NCBI RefSeq assembly: GCF_000092105.1
Contig: NC_014148.1
Location: 3,270,001-3,302,000 of the forward strand
Direction: 5' to 3'
DNA length: 32,000 bases
DNA from: Planctopirus limnophila DSM 3776
Lineage (GTDB): Bacteria; Planctomycetota; Planctomycetia; Planctomycetales; Planctomycetaceae
In this document: positions 9,469-16,717 of the stretch, piece after piece
How positions within the stretch are numbered: position 1 is the stretch's first letter
How the letters are laid out: the number at the start of each line of letters is the position of its first letter
The notes under the pieces: model-generated
What the model was told of the DNA's origin: nothing
What the model saw: only the letters and a program-made list of their open reading frames with translations
Databases searched by the model: none
Program-made: the position numbers and the translations under genes

Positions 9469-10767
9469 ATGTGTCCAACACCGGCAATGAAAAACACAAC
9501 CTCAACCATTCGACCAGCCATGATCCGAAAAGCCGCAGCCGAGGAAACTCTGGAACTGCCAGTTTCCTTGCGCACAGACACCACCGATGAATTCGCGACC
9601 GAATCGACCACTCTCCACACGGCGAGCAAGCCTCGTGCTGAGCTTGATCGCCTGGCGAATCGTGATCTGGCCAAAGTCCTTGAACTTGGCCAGAAAACCT
9701 TTGGCGAACCCGTGATCCCCTTCACTCTCGATTGGGTGGGTGAATTTCTCCTGGGCCAGAATTCCCGTGGCCCGATCGCTCGCGGACTTCCTACTCAACC
9801 CCCCGTACGATACATCGATGCCGAATCGCATCGTCAGGGCATGGTTTTCGGCATGCGAGAATACCAGATCACGCTCCGCACTGGGGATTGCCGCGTGATC
9901 AATCTCATCCAGCAAACCTCTCAAAAATGCCCGTCATTCACGAGAGATGTCTGGCTGGTCGCCGAGCGGCAATTCCTGGCGCTCTACTACAAACTCAGAC
10001 GCCTGGAAAAGGCCCGCTCACAAGTTGTCGCACCACTGATGCAGGACTCGCTTCGCGAGCGACTCTGGAAAAACACCATTGGCGTCCTGACACGCAATGC
10101 GGCATCCATGAAAGCACTTGGTGTCGCCATTCGTCGCGGCATGCTCCTGCGCGGAGAACCAGGAAATGGCAAAACCATGGCAGCTCGCTGGCTCAAATAT
10201 GAAGCTGAGAAACGCAGATTAGCGTGGAAATCGATTTCCATTGCTCATTTCCGCGCTGCGCAACATCGCTGTGAGGTAGGAGAACTTCTTTCGCTGGGTT
10301 CCCCCGGGATCATCTTCTTCGATGATTTCGACGAACTCATCCGGCGGCGCGAGGAGAACCACAATTCGACTGATATTTGTACGCTGCTCAATGAACTCGA
10401 TGGCATTGACCGCCGGTATGGTACGGTCTTTCTCTTCGCCAGTAATCTGCAGTGGAACGAGATCGATCATGCCCTGCGCCGCCCAGGCCGCATTGACCTG
10501 ATGATTGAGTTCACCAAACCAAATGTCGAACTGCGTCGCCAGTTGATGGAAATCCACTGGTCGGAAATCCTCCGTCGGCAGATTGATATCCCTCTCGCTG
10601 TCAGCCAGACCGAAGGGATGAGTTTCGCCGAACTGGAAGAACTCAAAACGTTATTGGCCATGCAGCATTTCGATGAAGAGGAGATCGACTGGAATCGTGC
10701 CCTGGCCGAATTCCAATCCCGTCGCACAGAAACCGCTAAAAAACCGATTGGTTTTGGAGCGACATAA
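9469..10767 (+). CDS. classical-clade AAA+ ATPase with an uncharacterised N-terminal domain of about 195 aa
   Basis: Walker A GEPGNGKT, Walker B IIFFDDFDE and second region of homology ALRRPGRIDLMIEF. There are several in-frame ATGs near the 5' end. Confidence 0.85.
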   Translation: MCPTPAMKNTTSTIRPAMIRKAAAEETLELPVSLRTDTTDEFATESTTLHTASKPRAELDRLANRDLAKVLELGQKTFGEPVIPFTLDWVGEFLLGQNSRGPIARGLPTQPPVRYIDAESHRQGMVFGMREYQITLRTGDCRVINLIQQTSQKCPSFTRDVWLVAERQFLALYYKLRRLEKARSQVVAPLMQDSLRERLWKNTIGVLTRNAASMKALGVAIRRGMLLRGEPGNGKTMAARWLKYEAEKRRLAWKSISIAHFRAAQHRCEVGELLSLGSPGIIFFDDFDELIRRREENHNSTDICTLLNELDGIDRRYGTVFLFASNLQWNEIDHALRRPGRIDLMIEFTKPNVELRRQLMEIHWSEILRRQIDIPLAVSQTEGMSFAELEELKTLLAMQHFDEEEIDWNRALAEFQSRRTETAKKPIGFGAT

Positions 10768-10852
10768 ACCTGTTGTCGCGACCTGAAAATCTCGACGGAG
10801 CTGAACTCAACTTTATCAATAGGTCGCGTCAATCAATGTCTCAATCACGCCC

Positions 10853-10888
10853 GCAGCGTGTGTCGGAATGCACCCCGGCACACGCTGC
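10853..10888. terminator. stem-loop between convergent genes (possible bidirectional terminator)
   Basis: Perfect 10-bp stem GCAGCGTGTG / CACACGCTGC with a 16-nt loop, between the AAA+ gene stop and the redoxin gene stop. No clean U-tract. Confidence 0.45.
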
Positions 10889-10903
10889 CTCTCATCTATC
10901 AAT

Positions 10904-11515
10904 TTACTTCGCGCTTTGATTCTGACTCTTCGCCAACTGTTCGAGGACATCCTTGGCCGATGTTCGCCCGCCGTGGCTGTCACTCACTTTTGAGAAGGCA
11001 ATCTTTCGGTCGCTATTGAGCACAAATGTCGCTGGATAGGCTGTTTCATTCGGGGCATTCCAGCGTAAGCCGTACTGCTTCGTAAACTGATAATCGGGAT
11101 CGACCAGCAGCGTATAGTGCTCGGGAATCACGCGCTCTCCGCGAAACTGCTTCGCCTTCTGGGCAAGTCCACTTCCAGCACCAGGATAGACAAACACAAC
11201 CTGTGCCCCTGCTTGCTGAAACTTCTCCTGCGACTTCAGAAAATCATTAACCTGCACATTGCACAACGGGCATTGATAGCCCGGAAATCCCCGCAGCACA
11301 ATCAGCACAACCGGCCCGCGCTCTGCAATCGTCGATAGCTTTGTCGTCCCCCCATCAACATTGGCCAGTTCAAAATCAGGGGCGACTTCTCCCGACTTCG
11401 GAGGTGCTGCCGTCGCGACCGAGAACCAGAAACCGCTCATCGCCACCAGGAGCATGGGCACGAGCCACTCATATCGCAGACGCTGTCGAAAATTCGCGAT
11501 AACCGTCTTCAGCAT
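10904..11515 (-). CDS. secreted or membrane-anchored redoxin / AhpC-TSA family thiol-disulfide oxidoreductase
   Basis: Thioredoxin-fold layout with FPGYQCPLCN (CxxC) and an N-terminal TM/signal segment. ATG 11515 has an AAGGG-type RBS upstream; the track TTG is at 11533. Confidence 0.85.
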   Translation of the reverse strand: MLKTVIANFRQRLRYEWLVPMLLVAMSGFWFSVATAAPPKSGEVAPDFELANVDGGTTKLSTIAERGPVVLIVLRGFPGYQCPLCNVQVNDFLKSQEKFQQAGAQVVFVYPGAGSGLAQKAKQFRGERVIPEHYTLLVDPDYQFTKQYGLRWNAPNETAYPATFVLNSDRKIAFSKVSDSHGGRTSAKDVLEQLAKSQNQSAK

Positions 11516-11838
11516 TTTCTTATCCCTTCTCAAAGTGAATCGACTCTCCCCCGCTGATCACTCTCTCAGACAAGTGCTCTCCAGCAGTTCACAAACTCTG
11601 AGATACAATTCACGGCAACAAGTGACAGATTTTCCCGATAACATCGGCTCATCAAAAAACTTCCCATCATCTTCCAGCAGCCCCAATGGAACATCCGAGA
11701 CTCTGCCAAACATTCAACTTTCCAAGAAAATCAAGTCGCTCTACACTGCTTCGCAGCCTTCCAGCTGGCCCGATGGATGACTCCACAACGACACCTGGGA
11801 AATCATGGGCAGGCCTCGTATGACAGGGATTCTTTCCA

Positions 11839-12858
11839 GTGAATGTCGCACTTCTAGGCCAGTGGCGGGACCGACCATCCTTTCGATTTCGCGCATTGCA
11901 GTATCTCCCCTACCTCGAAACTGTGGGCCATGCGGCAACCATTATCGAATTCTCACCTCATCTGTGGGGTCGCCTTCGCCAATACTCACAACTGGCAAAG
12001 TTTGATTCAGTCTTCATCCAACAGCGATTACTCCACCCTTTCGAACTTGCCTGGCTCAAGCGGAATACCAGACATCTCGTCTTCGATGTCGATGATGCGA
12101 TTATGCGCAAAAGCGATGGCAGCCCCGATTCCCGCCGCATGTCGAGATTCCGCGCCATGTGTCGCTCGGCGAATCTCGTCATCTGTGGCAACCAGTTCCT
12201 GGCTGATGAAACCCGCGTGCATACATCAAAGCTGGAAATCATACCTACGACTATCGAGTTAAATCGCTATCCATCTTTATCTAGTAAATATGAATCACTA
12301 GTAAATATTCCGAATCCACTATTAACCATCGGCTGGACAGGTTCGCGGGCCACATGCCGCTACCTGAATGAGGTATTCCCTGTCATTGCCGAATTTCCAG
12401 GTCAGGTGCAGGTGAAACTCATTGCTGATGATCTCTCGAACTGCGATCTGAAACTTCTCCAGGACGTGCCTTACGAATTCATTCGCTGGTCACCCGAAAC
12501 CGAAATTGCCGCTGCCACGACTTTTGACATGGGGATCATGCCTCTCCCGGATCAGGAGTTCACTCGCGGCAAATGCGGCTGCAAAGCCCTGCAATATATG
12601 GCCCTGGGCATCCCTGCCATTTGCAGTCCCGTCGGGATGAATGTCGATCTCATCGAACCAGGCAAAACGGGTTTTCTCGCTCGCACGGCTGGCGAATGGC
12701 GCGAGGCCTTCCAGCAATTGATCGCCAGCCCGAAACTGCGTGCCCAAGTCGGCATCGCGGGGTATCGCGTGGTGAGTGAACAATTCGCTGCCTCAACCTG
12801 GGCCCCCGCCTGGTTGAACGCCGTCTTCCCGACCACTCAATCCTCCACCCCCTCCTGA
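11839..12858 (+). CDS. GT-B fold glycosyltransferase (GT4/group 1-like)
   Basis: C-terminal motif GCKALQYMALGIPAICSPVGMNVDLIEPGKTGFLA is typical of group 1 glycosyltransferases. GTG start. Confidence 0.85.
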   Translation: MNVALLGQWRDRPSFRFRALQYLPYLETVGHAATIIEFSPHLWGRLRQYSQLAKFDSVFIQQRLLHPFELAWLKRNTRHLVFDVDDAIMRKSDGSPDSRRMSRFRAMCRSANLVICGNQFLADETRVHTSKLEIIPTTIELNRYPSLSSKYESLVNIPNPLLTIGWTGSRATCRYLNEVFPVIAEFPGQVQVKLIADDLSNCDLKLLQDVPYEFIRWSPETEIAAATTFDMGIMPLPDQEFTRGKCGCKALQYMALGIPAICSPVGMNVDLIEPGKTGFLARTAGEWREAFQQLIASPKLRAQVGIAGYRVVSEQFAASTWAPAWLNAVFPTTQSSTPS

Positions 12859-12950
12859 CTTCCTGACTTTATCCCTTCTCCCCTTCCTGTCTTCTCGCCT
12901 TCCTGCCTTCCTCCCTTCTTCCCTTCTCGCCTCCCACCTTCTCTCGTTCA
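12840..12950 (+). repeat. polypyrimidine (C/T) tract containing an 8-bp degenerate tandem repeat
   Basis: About 110 nt that are almost purely C/T on the + strand. Positions 12891-12945 read cttctcgc cttcctgc cttcctcc cttcttcc cttctcgc ctcccac cttctctc. Confidence 0.85.
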
Positions 12951-13007
12951 CTGCCAGTTTGGCAGCTAAAGCGTCGTCGCTGGCCTTGGCAGCACCTTTT
13001 CTGGCAG
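12951..13007 (+). promoter_or_regulatory. cluster of TGGCAG motifs (candidate regulator binding sites)
   Basis: CTGCCA-gtt-TGGCAG palindrome at 12951-12965, plus TGGCAG at 12987-12992 and 13002-13007. It lies 170-230 nt upstream of groES. Confidence 0.3.
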
Positions 13008-13073
13008 GTAACCAACGCCAACCTGCAGCAGCAACTCATTTCCTATATGCGTGTTACGTCAATACGACACTGC

Positions 13074-13089
13074 TGGCATGGTTTTCGCT
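13074..13089 (+). promoter_or_regulatory. sigma54-like -24/-12 candidate promoter upstream of groES
   Basis: TGGCATGGTTTTCGCT has GG (13075-76) and GC (13087-88) at the canonical 12-nt offset of TGGCAC-N5-TTGCW. There are two mismatches to consensus. About 90 nt upstream of the groES ATG. Confidence 0.25.
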
Positions 13090-13121
13090 CCTCACTCATT
13101 GCACACGGTGGCGTATCCCAC

Positions 13122-13136
13122 CAGACTGACAGTCTG
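13122..13136. promoter_or_regulatory. perfect 7-1-7 palindrome (candidate operator) in the groES leader
   Basis: CAGACTG-a-CAGTCTG, 43 nt upstream of the groES ATG. No CIRCE (TTAGCACTC-N9-GAGTGCTAA) is present. Confidence 0.3.
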
Positions 13137-13178
13137 AACGTATCCAACTACTGATTTTGACAGCGAGGAGTTCTCACG

Positions 13179-13493
13179 ATGGCCAAAAAGGCTGCCAAAG
13201 ACGGCATCAAGCTGACCCCTCTCGGCGACCGTCTGGTGCTCAAACGAGCCGAAGCCGAAAAGAAGACCGCTGGTGGCATTGTGCTGCCTGATTCTGCCAC
13301 CGATAAGCCACAGCGAGGCGAAGTCCTCTCCGTTGGCGAAGGGCATGTCAAGAACAACGGCAACCGCATCCCCCTCACTGTCAAAGTGGGTGATGAGGTG
13401 ATCTTCAGCTCCTACGCCGGCGACGAATTCAAAGTCGGCGATGAAACCTACCTCCTCCTCCGCGAAAGCGACGTCCTCGCGATCATCGCCTAG
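13179..13493 (+). CDS. groES: co-chaperonin GroES
   Basis: Typical sequence [29 protein letters not shown]...GEVLSVG. GAGGAG RBS lies 8 nt upstream. Confidence 0.97.
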   Translation: MAKKAAKDGIKLTPLGDRLVLKRAEAEKKTAGGIVLPDSATDKPQRGEVLSVGEGHVKNNGNRIPLTVKVGDEVIFSSYAGDEFKVGDETYLLLRESDVLAIIA

Positions 13494-13517
13494 TGGCTGC
13501 TTTTAACTGACGATACA

Positions 13518-13562
13518 GGATGCCATGGCATCCGGGTGCCACTGCTGGCTGGCCCAGCAGTG
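13518..13562 (+). other. two adjacent stem-loops in the groES-groEL spacer
   Basis: 16-nt perfect palindrome GGATGCCATGGCATCC (13518-13533), then hairpin CACTGCTGG-ctggc-CCAGCAGTG (13540-13562). No U-tract. Confidence 0.6.
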
Positions 13563-13651
13563 CTCCTCCTTCAAATAGATACGACTCAACAAATCTCATC
13601 CGAGAAGGCGGCTCAACACCTTGACCCACCCTCTCTATCAGGAGTTTCTCA

Positions 13652-15271
13652 ATGGCCAAGATTCTTGCATTTGACCAGGAAGCCCAGGAAGCGATGCGTC
13701 GCGGCGTCAGCAAGCTCGCCAAGACCGTCCGCGTTACTCTCGGCCCACGCGGCCGCAACGTGATCATCGAAAAGAGCTTCGGCTCCCCCACTGTCACCAA
13801 GGACGGCGTAACCGTCGCCAAGGAAGTCGAACTGGCCGATAAGTTCGAAGACATGGGCGCCCGCATGGTTCGCGAAGTCGCTTCCAAGACCAGCGATAAC
13901 GCTGGCGATGGTACGACCACCGCAACTGTTCTCGCCGAAGCCATCTACGTCGAAGGCCTCAAGGCTGTCGTCGCTGGTGTGAACCCCATCGACCTCAAGC
14001 GCGGCATGGATAAGGCCGTCGAGCAGATCGTCGGCAAGCTCAAGGCTGCCGCCGTCGAGTGCAAGAGCAAGAAGGCCATCGCCCAGGTCGGGACTGTCGC
14101 TGCTAATGGCGATACCGAAATCGGCGATATCCTCGCCAACGCCATGGAACAGGTCGGCAAAGACGGCGTCATCACTGTCGACGAAGGCAAGAGCCTCAAG
14201 ACCGATTTCGAAGTCGTCGAAGGGATGCAGTTCGATCGCGGCTACCTCTCCCCCTACTTCGTCACCGATCCCCAGACGATGGAATGCGTCCTCGAAGACG
14301 CTTATGTCCTGATCCACGAAAAGAAGATCAGCAGCATCAAGGATCTCGTCCCTGTGCTGGAGAAGGTCGTCAACAGCGGCAAGCCACTCCTCATCGTCGC
14401 TGAAGAAGTCGATGGTGAAGCCCTCGCCACACTGGTGATCAACAAGCTCCGCGGCACCTTCAAGATCTCCGCCGTCAAGGCTCCCGGCTACGGCGACCGC
14501 CGCAAGGCCATGCTCCAGGATCTCGCGATCATGGTCGGCGGCCAGGCGATCTTCGAAGACCTCGGCATCCAGCTCGAAAACGTCCAACTCTCCGATCTCG
14601 GCCGCGCCAAGCGGATCGTCATCGACAAGGACAACACCACCATCATCGAAGGGGCCGGCAAGGCTGCCGACGTCAAGAGCCGCATCGAGCAGATCCGTCG
14701 TGAACTGGCCAGTTCGACCAGCGACTACGACAAGGAAAAGCTCGAAGAGCGTATTGCCAAGCTCTCCGGCGGCGTGGCCCGCGTGAATGTCGGTGCTGCC
14801 ACCGAAAGCGAAATGAAGGAAAAGAAGGCCCGCGTTGAAGACGCTCTGCACGCCACCCGCGCTGCTGTTGAAGAAGGCATTCTTCCTGGTGGTGGGGTCG
14901 CCCTGCTCCGCGCTTCGCTCGACCTCAAGCCCACTGGCCTGAACCATGATGAAACCGCCGGTTTCAACATCATCTTGCGGGCTTGCCGGGCACCTCTCAC
15001 ACAGATCTCGAACAACGCCGGCGTCGACGGCGCGGTGATCTGCGAGAAGGTTTCCGAGCTCAAGGGGAACATGGGCTACAACGCCGCCACCGGCGAGTAC
15101 GAAGACCTCGTCAAGAGCGGGATCATCGACCCAGTGAAGGTGACCCGCACCGCTCTCCAGAACGCAGCCAGCGTCTCGACCCTGCTGCTGACCAGCGACT
15201 GCCTGATCGCCGAGAAGCCCAAGGCCGAAGATAAAGCCCACGGCGGCCACGGCGACCATGACATGTACTAA
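13652..15271 (+). CDS. groEL: chaperonin GroEL (Cpn60) with a His-rich C-terminal tail
   Basis: Unmistakable GroEL sequence ([33 protein letters not shown]). AGGAG RBS. The C-terminus is [12 protein letters not shown] instead of the GGM repeat. Confidence 0.98.
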   Translation: MAKILAFDQEAQEAMRRGVSKLAKTVRVTLGPRGRNVIIEKSFGSPTVTKDGVTVAKEVELADKFEDMGARMVREVASKTSDNAGDGTTTATVLAEAIYVEGLKAVVAGVNPIDLKRGMDKAVEQIVGKLKAAAVECKSKKAIAQVGTVAANGDTEIGDILANAMEQVGKDGVITVDEGKSLKTDFEVVEGMQFDRGYLSPYFVTDPQTMECVLEDAYVLIHEKKISSIKDLVPVLEKVVNSGKPLLIVAEEVDGEALATLVINKLRGTFKISAVKAPGYGDRRKAMLQDLAIMVGGQAIFEDLGIQLENVQLSDLGRAKRIVIDKDNTTIIEGAGKAADVKSRIEQIRRELASSTSDYDKEKLEERIAKLSGGVARVNVGAATESEMKEKKARVEDALHATRAAVEEGILPGGGVALLRASLDLKPTGLNHDETAGFNIILRACRAPLTQISNNAGVDGAVICEKVSELKGNMGYNAATGEYEDLVKSGIIDPVKVTRTALQNAASVSTLLLTSDCLIAEKPKAEDKAHGGHGDHDMY

Positions 15272-15303
15272 ACAGCCCTGAAAAGCTGATTCGGCTCCAA
15301 AAA

Positions 15304-15342
15304 GAGAGGCTGCTGGTGAAAACCAGCAGCCTCTCTTTTTTT
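15304..15342 (+). terminator. rho-independent terminator of groESL (A-tract upstream, so potentially bidirectional)
   Basis: 14-bp perfect stem GAGAGGCTGCTGGT / ACCAGCAGCCTCTC, GAAA loop and a T7 run at 15336-15342. AAAA precedes the stem. Confidence 0.92.
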
Positions 15343-15374
15343 ATTTACCGCCTCCGCAACACATCACCTTTCCC

Positions 15375-15461
15375 ATGATGCCAATCCCGACCATTATCCT
15401 TTGTGTCCTCTTCGGTGGTGTGGTTGGCTACATCCTTCACGACATTTTCCCAAATCTCTGA
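15375..15461 (+). CDS. possible 28-aa hydrophobic peptide (speculative)
   Basis: ATG...TGA encoding MMPIPTIILCVLFGGVVGYILHDIFPNL (a single TM helix). No convincing RBS. It starts about 30 nt after the groEL terminator. Confidence 0.2.
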   Translation: MMPIPTIILCVLFGGVVGYILHDIFPNL

Positions 15462-15695
15462 TGCCCTCCGGAATCTAGGACCGCCACAAATACAAGAACC
15501 CTCCCAAATCCAAATCAGAACTGAAGGGTGTTTTGTACTTTCCGAGGGCGACCGAACATTGGAAGGCTTACATCAGGAAATACGGTCAGTTTATTTCTCT
15601 CAGATATCACGAAACGAAACTCAAAGCAGCTATCGCCTAAAACAAGGCTTATCTGAAACTCTTCGGACCTGAAGCCTACTTTGATCGCCTCTCGT

Positions 15696-16457
15696 CTAGT
15701 AGCTAATCCGCCCCGCAACCTTGTCCCAAGGTTCCTTGTTTTCTTCGGGACCACAACTCATCGCATCGAACATCAGATTCTTGTAGAACCAAAGATGGCA
15801 AGCGATGTCCGTGAATCCTTCCACGAACGTGTACCGGCATAGAAACGTGTCATCACCGAATCCGACCCAGCCGTACATCCTGTTTGCCCATTTTTGGACC
15901 TCCAGGTCATTCTCGCCCTTTGTGTAATTGATCAGAATGCGTCGATCCACCTCCAACGGGCGGCCTACAACTGTGTAGAAGAGTCCCCGGACGATGTTGG
16001 CCAGTACGCGGTACATGCGAGAATCGTCTATAGGAAAGGCCAACTGCTCCCCGAGGTAAATTCCGCCATCCGTGTATCGTGACCGAACCTTGAAGTCATT
16101 CTGGGTATATCGGTCGAATTGGCCCCTACGTTCCGTCATTAGTTTCTTTAGCGGGCCGCCGATCACCTTCATCGCTTCAGAATGCTTCTCACTTCCCTCG
16201 TACATGCTCACAATTGTGCGGAAGTAATCATTGTCGTCTGCGAAAGACTGATTGCAGGAGACGTGTGCTGGCAAGGTTTTCATGCCGACCGGCTTTTGAT
16301 CAGGCCAAAGACACTTGGGAACCCAGTGTTCCTTGCTCATTTTGCCCTGCGTCTTGTCCCCACAGCAAAACATACAGAGCTTCGGCTTTTTCTTGCGAGG
16401 ATCTGGACCGTCATCACTTCTCATCTCATCCCTTTCGACATATTCTGGACCGTACAT
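15696..16457 (-). CDS. HNH-like nuclease-domain protein with an uncharacterised C-terminal domain of about 175 aa
   Basis: N-terminal CMFCC...SKEHWVPKCLW...AHVSCNQ gives a CxxC / EH / HxxCN arrangement, as in zinc-finger HNH (HNH_5-like) nucleases. ATG at 16457; the track GTG is at 16466. It stands alone and is antisense to groESL. Confidence 0.7.
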   Translation of the reverse strand: MYGPEYVERDEMRSDDGPDPRKKKPKLCMFCCGDKTQGKMSKEHWVPKCLWPDQKPVGMKTLPAHVSCNQSFADDNDYFRTIVSMYEGSEKHSEAMKVIGGPLKKLMTERRGQFDRYTQNDFKVRSRYTDGGIYLGEQLAFPIDDSRMYRVLANIVRGLFYTVVGRPLEVDRRILINYTKGENDLEVQKWANRMYGWVGFGDDTFLCRYTFVEGFTDIACHLWFYKNLMFDAMSCGPEENKEPWDKVAGRISY

Positions 16458-16717
16458 TATAGACACAAAACATCGGCTGGTGGTTCAGAGCAGTCGACCG
16501 GTCGCCTAGCGTCTGAGTTGTGACCGCAGGGTGGCCCCGGTTGAAATTCTAATTTCCACCGGGCTGGGTGGCATGTTCAGGGGTCAGAACTCTTCGTGCC
16601 ATGCTCATAGCTCTGGATGAGCATGCCGGATTCTCGTTTAGTATTGATCCTTATAAAGACCCAAAGCATGCTTGCCCAGAACCGCAAGCATGGCACGAAA
16701 TACGGGGCACAAGCTAC

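Noticed and set aside
12840-12950. The CT-rich repeat and the 7-bp repeat at 23701-23726 as possible CRISPR arrays
   Set aside because: The repeat units are 7-8 bp with no spacers and there are no cas genes, so they are simple tandem or low-complexity repeats.
12986-13007. TTGGCAGCACCTTTTCTGGCAGG as a second sigma54 promoter
   Set aside because: The -12 position reads TC instead of the near-invariant GC at the correct spacing, so I kept it only as part of the TGGCAG motif cluster.
13000-13178. Search for a CIRCE/HrcA operator or an obvious sigma32-type promoter upstream of groES
   Set aside because: I found no TTAGCACTC-N9-GAGTGCTAA-like inverted repeat and no CTTGAA...CCCCAT pair. Only the weaker alternatives listed under findings are present.
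13649-15259. 536-aa ORF antisense to groEL
   Set aside because: It exactly mirrors the groEL frame. The translation is low-complexity (Gly/Ala/Asp/Leu-rich). Long stop-free antisense frames are a known by-product of strong codon bias in chaperonin genes. groEL itself is unambiguous.
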